Below, piece after piece: positions 55,101-64,000 of a stretch of DNA of 64,000 nucleotides. Below the pieces are notes generated by a model. That model searched no databases. It was not told the origin of the DNA and saw only the letters and a program-made list of their open reading frames with translations. Positions within the stretch are counted from its first letter, which is position 1. The number at the start of each line of letters is the position of its first letter. The stretch is from Eledone cirrhosa (Eukaryota), in assembly GCA_964016885.1 (NCBI GenBank), contig OZ024741.1, forward strand, positions 254,820,001 to 254,884,000. Direction: 5' to 3'. A program made the translations under genes and the position numbers.

Positions 55101-58100
55101 CGAGTGTTTTGACTTACGCGTGTTTTGACATACGAGTGTTTCGATACGAGTGTTCTGACTTACGAGTGTTCTGCCTTACGAGTGTTCTGACTTACGAGTG
55201 TTCTGACTTACGAGTGTTCCGACTTTACGAGTGTTTCGGCTCACGAGTGTTTCGGCTTACGAGTGTTTCGACTTACGAAAATAACAAATAGACGCGGTTT
55301 CAAATCTCTATGCTTTTCAAATTCATTACATTAATCTTTATTTATACGTTTCGCTTTACGAGTGTTTCGACTTACGAGTGTTTCGACATACGAGTGTTTC
55401 GACTTACGAATGTTTTTGCTTACGGGTGTTTCGACTTACGAATGTTTTTGCTTACGAGTGTTTCGGTTTACGAGTGTTCCGACTTACGAGTGTTCCGACT
55501 TACGAGTGTTTCGGCTTACGAGTGTTTCCGGCTTACGAGTGTTTCGACTTACGAGTGTTTCGACTTACGAGTGTTTTGACTTACGGTGTTTCGGCTTAAG
55601 AGTGATTAGACTTACGAGTGTTTTGACTTACGGGTGTTTAGACTTACGGGTGTTGTGAATTACGAGTGTTCCGATTTACGAGTGTTTTGACTTACGGTGT
55701 TTCGGCTTACAAGTGATTCGACTTACGAATGTTTTGACTTACGGGTGTTTCGGCTTGCGAGTATTTCGACTTACGAGTGTTTCGGCTTATGAGTGTTTCG
55801 ACTTACTAATGTTTTTACTTACGAGTGTTTCGGCGTACGAGTGTTTTGACTTACGAGTGTTTCGACTTACGAGTGTTTTGACTTACGAATGTTTTGACTT
55901 ACGGGTGTTTCGGCTTACGAGTGTTTCGACTTACGAGTGTTTCGGCTTGCGAGTGTTTCGACTTACTAATGTTTTTACTTACGAGTGTTTCGGCGTACGA
56001 GTGTTTCGACTTACGAGTGTTTCGACTTACGGGTGTTTTGACTTACGGGTGTTTCGGCTTACGAGTGTTTCGACTTACGAGTGTTTTGACTTAAGGGTGT
56101 TTCGACTTACGAGTGTTTCGACTTAGGAGTGTTTTGACTTACGGGTGTTTTGACATACGAGTGTTCCGACTTACGAGTGTTCCGACTTACGAGTGTTTCG
56201 GCTTACGAATGTTTCGACTTACGAGTGTTTCGACTTACGAGTGTTCCGACATACGGGTGTTTCGACTTACGAGTGTTTTGGCTTACGGTGTTTCGGCTTA
56301 CGAGTGTTTCGAGTTACGAGTGTTTTGACTTACGCGTGTTTTGACATACGAGTGTTTCGATACGAGTGTTCTGACTTACGAGTGTTCTGACTTACGAGTG
56401 TTCTGACTTACGAGTGTTCCGACTTTACGAGTGTTTCGGCTCACGAGTGTTTCGGCTTACGAGTGTTTCGACTTACGAAAATAACAAATAGACGCGGTTT
56501 CAAATCTCTATGCTTTTCAAATTCATTACATTAATCTTTATTTATACGTTTCGCTTTACGAGTGTTTCGACTTACGAGTGTTTCGACATACGAGTGTTTC
56601 GGCTTACGAGTGTTTTGATTTACGAGTGTTTTGACTTACGGGTGCTTCGACTTACGCGTGTTTCGACTTACGTGTGTTTCGACTTACGAGTGTGTCGACT
56701 TACGAGTGTTTCGGCTGGCGAGTGTTTCGACTTACGAGTGTTTTGACTTAAGGGTGTTTCGACTTACGAGTGTTTCGACTTACGAGTGTTTCGGCGTACG
56801 AGTGTTTTGACTTACGAGTGTTTCGACTTACGCGTGTTTTGACTTACGAATGTTTTGACTTACGAGTGTTTCGGCTTGCGAGTGTTTCGACTTACTAATG
56901 TTTTTACTTACGAGTGTTTCGGCGTACGAGTGTTTCGACTTACGAGTGTTTCGACTTACGGGTGTTTTGACTTACGGGTGTTTCGGCTTACGAGTGTTTC
57001 GACTTACGAGTGTTTTGACTTAAGGGTGTTTCGACTTACGAGTGTTTCGACTTAGGAGTAATTTGACTTACGGGTGTTTTGACATACGAGTGTTTCGATA
57101 CGAGTGTTTCGACTTACGAGTGTTCTGACTTACGAGTGTTCTGACTTACGAGTGTTCTGACTTACAAGTGTTCTTACTTACGAGTGTTCCGACTTACGAG
57201 TGTTCCGACTTACGAGTGTTTCGGCTTACGAATGTTTCGACTTACGAGTGTTTCGACTTACGAGTGTTCCGACTTACGGGTGTTTCGACTTACGAGTGTT
57301 TTGGCTTACGGTGTTTCGGCTTACGAGTGTTTCGAGTTACGAGTGTTTTGACTTACGCGTGTTTTGACATACGAGTGTTTCGATACGAGTGTTCTGACTT
57401 ACGAGTGTTCTGCCTTACGAGTGTTCTGACTTACGAGTGTTCTGACTTACGAGTGTTCCGACTTTACGAGTGTTTCGGCTCACGAGTGTTTCGGCTTACG
57501 AGTGTTTCGACTTACGAAAATAACAAATAGACGCGGTTTCAAATCTCTATGCTTTTCAAATTCATTACATTAATCTTTATTTATACGTTTCGCTTTACGA
57601 GTGTTTCGACTTACGAGTGTTTCGACATACGAGTGTTTCGGCTTACGAGTGTTTTGATTTACCAGTGTTTTGACTTACGGGTGCTTCGACTTACGCGTGT
57701 TTCGAATTACGAGTGTTTCGACTTACGAGTGTTTCGGCTTACGAGTGTTTTGACTTACGAATGTTTTGACTTACGATTGTTTCGGCTTACGAGTGTTTCG
57801 ACTTACGAGTGTTCTGACTACGAGTGTTCTGACTTACGGGTGTTCTGACTTACGAGTGTTCCGACTTACGAGTGTTTCGGCTTATGAGTGTTTCGACTTA
57901 CGAGTGTTCTGACTACGAGTGTTTCGACTTACGAGTGTTCTGACTACGAGTGTTCTGACTTACGGGTGTTCTGACTTACGAGTGTTCCGACTTACGAGTG
58001 CTTCGACTTACGAGTGTTTCGGCTTACGGGTGTTTCGACGTACGAATGTTTTTGCTTACGAGTGTTTCGGCTTACGAGTGTTTCGGCTTATGAGTGTTTC

Positions 58101-60730
58101 GACTTACGAGTGTTTTGACTTACGGGTGTTTTGACATACGAGTGTTTCGATACGAGTGTTCTGACTTACGAGTGTTTCCGCTTACGAGTGTTTCGGCTTA
58201 CGAGTGTTGCGACTTACTAATGTTTTTACTTACGAGTGTTTCGGTGTAAGAGTGTTTCGACTTAACGATGTTTTGACTTACGAGTGTTTCGACTTACGAG
58301 TGTTTCGACTTACGATTGTTCCGACTTACGAGTGTTTCGGCTTATGAGTGTTTCGACTTACGGGCGTTTCGACTTACGGGTGTTTCGACTTACGAGTGTT
58401 TAGGCTTATGAGTGTTTCGATTTACGAGTGTTTTGACTTACGGGTGTTTTGACATACGAGTGTTTCGATACGAGTGTTCTGACTTACGAGTGTTTCCGCT
58501 TACGAGTGTTTCGGCTTACGAGTGTTTCGACTTACTAATGTTTTTACTTACGAGTGTTTCGGTGTAAGAGTGTTTCTACTTAACGATGTTTCGACTTACG
58601 AGTGTTTCGACTTACGAGTGTTTCGACTTACGAGTGTTCCGACTTACGAGTGTTTCGGCATATGAGTGTTTCGACTTACGGGCGTTTCGACTTACGGGTG
58701 TTTCGACTTACGAGTGTTTTGACTTACGAGTATTCTGACTTACCAGTGTTCTGACTTACGAGTGTTCCGACTTACGACTGTTTCGACTTACGAGTGTTTT
58801 GACTTACGAGTGTTCCGACTTACGAGTGTTTCGGCTTACGGGTGTTTCGACGTACGAGTATTTTTGGCTTACGAGTGTTCCGACTTACGAGTGTCTCGGC
58901 TTACGAGTGTTTCGGCTTACGAGTGTTTCGACTTACAAGTGTTTCGACTTACGAGTGTTCCGACTTACGTGTGTTTCGACTTACGAGTGTTTTGGCTTAC
59001 GGTGTTTCGACTTACGAGTGTTTCGGCTTACGAGTGTTTTGACTTAAGGGTGTTTCGACTTACGAGTGTTTCGATACGAGTGTTTCGACTTACGAGTGTT
59101 TCGGCTTACGAGTGTTTCGACTTACGAGTGTTTCGACTTACGAGTGTTCTGATTTACGGATGTTTCGACATACGAGTGTTTCGACTTACGAGTGTTTCGA
59201 CTTACGAGTGTTTTGACTTACGTGTGTTTTGACATACGAGTGTTTCGATACGAGTGTTTCGACTTACGATTGTTCTGACTTACGATTGTACTGACTTACG
59301 AGCGTTCTGACTTACGAGTGTTTCGGCTTACGAGTGTTTCGGCTTACAAGTGTTCTTACTTACGAGTGTTCCGACTTACGGGTGTTTCGACTTACGAGTG
59401 TTTTGGCTTACGGTGTTATGGCTTACGAGTGTTTCGAGTTACGAGTGTTTTGACTTACGCGTGTTTTGACATACGAGTGTTTCGATACGAGTGTTCTGAC
59501 TTACGAGTGTTCTGCCTTACGAGTGTTCTGACTTACGAGTGTTCTGACTTACGAGTGTTCCGACTTTACGAGTGTTTCGGCTCACGAGTGTTTCGGCTTA
59601 CGAGTGTTTCGACTTACGAAAATAACAAATAGACGCGGTTTCAAATCTCTATGCTTTTCAAATTCATTACATTAATCTTTATTTATACGTTTCGCTTTAC
59701 GAGTGTTTCGACTTACGAGTGTTTCGACATACGAGTGTTTCGACTTACGAATGTTTTTGCTTACGGGTGTTTCGACTTACGAATGTTTTTGCTTACGAGT
59801 GTTTCGGTTTACGAGTGTTCCGACTTACGAGTGTTCCGACTTACGAGTGTTTCGGCTTACGAGTGTTTCCGGCTTACGAGTGTTTCGACTTACGAGTGTT
59901 TCGACTTACGAGTGTTTTGACTTACGGTGTTTCGGCTTAAGAGTGATTAGACTTACGAGTGTTTTGACTTACGGGTGTTTAGACTTACGGGTGTTGTGAA
60001 TTACGAGTGTTCCGATTTACGAGTGTTTTGACTTACGGTGTTTCGGCTTACAAGTGATTCGACTTACGAATGTTTTGACTTACGGGTGTTTCGGCTTGCG
60101 AGTATTTCGACTTACGAGTGTTTCGGCTTATGAGTGTTTCGACTTACTAATGTTTTTACTTACGAGTGTTTCGGCGTACGAGTGTTTTGACTTACGAGTG
60201 TTTCGACTTACGAGTGTTTTGACTTACGAATGTTTTGACTTACGGGTGTTTCGGCTTACGAGTGTTTCGACTTACGAGTGTTTCGGCTTGCGAGTGTTTC
60301 GACTTACTAATGTTTTTACTTACGAGTGTTTCGGCGTACGAGTGTTTCGACTTACGAGTGTTTCGACTTACGGGTGTTTTGACTTACGGGTGTTTCGGCT
60401 TACGAGTGTTTCGACTTACGAGTGTTTTGACTTAAGGGTGTTTCGACTTACGAGTGTTTCGACTTAGGAGTGTTTTGACTTACGGGTGTTTTGACATACG
60501 AGTGTTCCGACTTACGAGTGTTCCGACTTACGAGTGTTTCGGCTTACGAATGTTTCGACTTACGAGTGTTTCGACTTACGAGTGTTCCGACTTACGGGTG
60601 TTTCGACTTACGAGTGTTTTGGCTTACGGTGTTTCGGCTTACGAGTGTTTCGAGTTACGAGTGTTTTGACTTACGCGTGTTTTGACATACGAGTGTTTCG
60701 ATACGAGTGTTCTGACTTACGAGTGTTCTG
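52138..60730 (+). repeat. Tandem 4341-bp higher-order repeat (B/C hybrid 1039 + D' 2102 + A' 1200)
   Basis: ORF-track entries recur at exactly +4341 (52169/56510, 53208/57549, 54421/58762, 55310/59651). Rare variants GTGTGTCGAC and TTAGGAGTAATTTGAC are shared. Confidence 0.92.
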
Positions 60731-63700
60731 CCTTACGAGTGTTCTGACTTACGAGTGTTCTGACTTACGAGTGTTCCGACTTTACGAGTGTTTCGGCTCA
60801 CGAGTGTTTCGGCTTACGAATGTTTCGACTTACGAAAATAACAAATAGACGCGGTTTCAAATCTCTATGCTTTTCAAATTCATTACATTAATCTTTATTT
60901 ATACGTTTCGCTTTACGAGTGTTTCGACTTACGAGTGTTTCGACATACGAGTGTTTCGGCTTACGAGTGTTTTGATTTACCAGTGTTTTGACTTACGGGT
61001 GCTTCGACTTACGCGTGTTTCGAATTACGAGTGTTTCGACTTACGAGTGTTTCGGCTTACGAGTGTTTTGACTTACGAATGTTTTGACTTACGATTGTTT
61101 CGGCTTACGAGTGTTTCGACTTACGAGTGTTCTGACTACGAGTGTTCTGACTTACGGGTGTTCTGACTTACGAGTGTTCCGACTTACGAGTGTTTCGGCT
61201 TATGAGTGTTTCGACTTACGAGTGTTCTGACTACGAGTGTTTCGACTTACGAGTGTTCTGACTACGAGTGTTCTGACTTACGGGTGTTCTGACTTACGAG
61301 TGTTCCGACTTACGAGTGCTTCGACTTACGAGTGTTTCGGCTTACGGGTGTTTCGACGTACGAATGTTTTTGCTTACGAGTGTTTCGGCTTACGAGTGTT
61401 TCGGCTTATGAGTGTTTCGACTTACGAGTGTTTTGACTTACGGGTGTTTTGACATACGAGTGTTTCGATACGAGTGTTCTGACTTACGAGTGTTTCCGCT
61501 TACGAGTGTTTCGGCTTACGAGTGTTGCGACTTACTAATGTTTTTACTTACGAGTGTTTCGGTGTAAGAGTGTTTCGACTTAACGATGTTTTGACTTACG
61601 AGTGTTTCGACTTACGAGTGTTTCGACTTACGATTGTTCCGACTTACGAGTGTTTCGGCTTATGAGTGTTTCGACTTACGGGCGTTTCGACTTACGGGTG
61701 TTTCGACTTACGAGTGTTTAGGCTTATGAGTGTTTCGATTTACGAGTGTTTTGACTTACGGGTGTTTTGACATACGAGTGTTTCGATACGAGTGTTCTGA
61801 CTTACGAGTGTTTCCGCTTACGAGTGTTTCGGCTTACGAGTGTTTCGACTTACTAATGTTTTTACTTACGAGTGTTTCGGTGTAAGAGTGTTTCTACTTA
61901 ACGATGTTTCGACTTACGAGTGTTTCGACTTACGAGTGTTTCGACTTACGAGTGTTCCGACTTACGAGTGTTTCGGCATATGAGTGTTTCGACTTACGGG
62001 CGTTTCGACTTACGGGTGTTTCGACTTACGAGTGTTTTGACTTACGAGTATTCTGACTTACCAGTGTTCTGACTTACGAGTGTTCCGACTTACGACTGTT
62101 TCGACTTACGAGTGTTTTGACTTACGAGTGTTCCGACTTACGAGTGTTTCGGCTTACGGGTGTTTCGACGTACGAGTATTTTTGGCTTACGAGTGTTCCG
62201 ACTTACGAGTGTCTCGGCTTACGAGTGTTTCGGCTTACGAGTGTTTCGACTTACAAGTGTTTCGACTTACGAGTGTTCCGACTTACGTGTGTTTCGACTT
62301 ACGAGTGTTTTGGCTTACGGTGTTTCGACTTACGAGTGTTTCGGCTTACGAGTGTTTTGACTTAAGGGTGTTTCGACTTACGAGTGTTTCGATACGAGTG
62401 TTTCGACTTACGAGTGTTTCGGCTTACGAGTGTTTCGACTTACGAGTGTTTCGACTTACGAGTGTTCTGATTTACGGATGTTTCGACATACGAGTGTTTC
62501 GACTTACGAGTGTTTCGACTTACGAGTGTTTTGACTTACGTGTGTTTTGACATACGAGTGTTTCGATACGAGTGTTTCGACTTACGATTGTTCTGACTTA
62601 CGATTGTACTGACTTACGAGCGTTCTGACTTACGAGTGTTTCGGCTTACGAGTGTTTCGGCTTACAAGTGTTCTTACTTACGAGTGTTCCGACTTACGGG
62701 TGTTTCGACTTACGAGTGTTTTGGCTTACGGTGTTATGGCTTACGAGTGTTTCGAGTTACGAGTGTTTTGACTTACGCGTGTTTTGACATACGAGTGTTT
62801 CGATACGAGTGTTCTGACTTACGAGTGTTCTGCCTTACGAGTGTTCTGACTTACGAGTGTTCTGACTTACGAGTGTTCCGACTTTACGAGTGTTTCGGCT
62901 CACGAGTGTTTCGGCTTACGAGTGTTTCGACTTACGAAAATAACAAATAGACGCGGTTTCAAATCTCTATGCTTTTCAAATTCATTACATTAATCTTTAT
63001 TTATACGTTTCGCTTTACGAGTGTTTCGACTTACGAGTGTTTCGACATACGAGTGTTTCGACTTACGAATGTTTTTGCTTACGGGTGTTTCGACTTACGA
63101 ATGTTTTTGCTTACGAGTGTTTCGGTTTACGAGTGTTCCGACTTACGAGTGTTCCGACTTACGAGTGTTTCGGCTTACGAGTGTTTCCGGCTTACGAGTG
63201 TTTCGACTTACGAGTGTTTCGACTTACGAGTGTTTTGACTTACGGTGTTTCGGCTTAAGAGTGATTAGACTTACGAGTGTTTTGACTTACGGGTGTTTAG
63301 ACTTACGGGTGTTGTGAATTACGAGTGTTCCGATTTACGAGTGTTTTGACTTACGGTGTTTCGGCTTACAAGTGATTCGACTTACGAATGTTTTGACTTA
63401 CGGGTGTTTCGGCTTGCGAGTATTTCGACTTACGAGTGTTTCGGCTTATGAGTGTTTCGACTTACTAATGTTTTTACTTACGAGTGTTTCGGCGTACGAG
63501 TGTTTTGACTTACGAGTGTTTCGACTTACGAGTGTTTTGACTTACGAATGTTTTGACTTACGGGTGTTTCGGCTTACGAGTGTTTCGACTTACGAGTGTT
63601 TCGGCTTGCGAGTGTTTCGACTTACTAATGTTTTTACTTACGAGTGTTTCGGCGTACGAGTGTTTCGACTTACGAGTGTTTCGACTTACGGGTGTTTTGA

Positions 63701-64000
63701 CTTACGGGTGTTTCGGCTTACGAGTGTTTCGACTTACGAGTGTTTTGACTTAAGGGTGTTTCGACTTACGAGTGTTTCGACTTAGGAGTGTTTTGACTTA
63801 CGGGTGTTTTGACATACGAGTGTTCCGACTTACGAGTGTTCCGACTTACGAGTGTTTCGGCTTACGAATGTTTCGACTTACGAGTGTTTCGACTTACGAG
63901 TTTTCCGACTTACGGGTGTTTCGACTTACGAGTGTTTTGGCTTACGGTGTTTCGGCTTACGAGTGTTTCGAGTTACGAGTGTTTTGACTTACGCGTGTTT
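57518..64000 (+). repeat. Second run of the 3318-bp D'A' higher-order repeat, continuing past the window end
   Basis: Exact +3318 recurrence: 57549/60867, 58762/62080, 59651/62969, 60454/63772. Confidence 0.93.

Larger units (their letters stand above)
2249..63006 (+). repeat. Family of 45 interspersed copies of a 69-bp AT-rich linker punctuating the satellite
   Basis: Copies start at 2249, 4758, 5428, 6575, 8679, 9748, 10864, 11918, 13101, 13869, 15655, 16823, 17878, 19250, 20352, 21371, 22554, 23257, 25361, 26529, 27584, 28368, 29740, 30861, 32044, 32828, 34591, 36012, 38114, 39330, 41432, 42648, 45310, 46462, 47645, 48429, 51082, 52138, 53177, 55279, 56479, 57518, 59620, 60836, 62938. Each is 69 bp, all in the same orientation, and most are marked in the ORF track by the MLFKFITLIFIYTFRF ATG 31 bp into the linker. 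Confidence 0.97.
1..64000 (+). repeat. Satellite DNA array of 16-bp monomer (GAGTGTTTCGACTTAC)n, head-to-tail, running off both window ends
   Basis: The monomer reads directly throughout the window. Common variants are TTTTGAC, TTCTGAC, TTCCGAC, TTTCGGC, TACGGGT, TATGAG and TACAAG, plus 14/15/17-bp indel monomers. No inverted-orientation copy was seen. The ORF track is just the 48-nt/16-aa permutation LRVFRLTSVSTYECFD. Confidence 0.99.

Noticed and set aside
139-63987. Hundreds of + strand ORFs (up to 300 aa at 19281-20183) encoding LRVFRLTSVSTYECFD repeats
   Set aside because: The consensus 16-mer has no stop in any + frame, and all three frames give the same peptide permutation. ORFs end at CpG>TpG-derived TGA codons and shift frame at indel monomers. 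The minus strand has TAA in each monomer, rotating through frames, so it has no ORFs. There is no sign of coding constraint.
57518-64000. Exact 3318/4341-bp repeats as pure assembly artefacts
   Set aside because: Copies carry occasional private differences (e.g. GACTGAC ~53555, GACATACGGG ~56248, CTTACGAATG ~60813, TTTTCCGAC 63901), which favours real duplications. Only spanning reads can fully exclude an artefact.

Overview
The whole 64 kb window is a single-orientation, head-to-tail satellite array. I find no credible protein-coding or RNA gene. The basic monomer is 16 bp (consensus GAGTGTTTCGACTTAC; roughly 3,800 copies by length arithmetic) with recurrent diagnostic variants. The array is interrupted 45 times, every 670-2662 bp (mean about 1.38 kb), by one conserved 69-bp AT-rich non-monomer 'linker' (AAATAACAAATAGACGCGGTTTCAAATCTCTATGCTTTTCAAATTCATTACATTAATCTTTATTTATAC). 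A stereotyped ladder of variant monomers precedes almost every linker. Linker-delimited blocks fall into four types (A, B, C, D) that form nested higher-order repeats: 16 bp; 160/318 bp; 0.7-2.7 kb blocks; ABCD, AD (3318 bp) and three-block (4341 bp) units; and duplications offset by about 9.5, 15.6 and 17.2 kb. All listed ORFs are artefacts of the stop-free + strand 16-mer. Hypotheses worth testing: (i) a pogo/Tigger-derived satellite with CENP-B-box-like CpG geometry, possibly centromeric; (ii) a minus-strand transcript carrying a GTAAG(T/C) U1-type site in nearly every monomer and a poly(A)-signal-like layout in nearly every linker. The organism and chromosomal position cannot be determined from the sequence alone.
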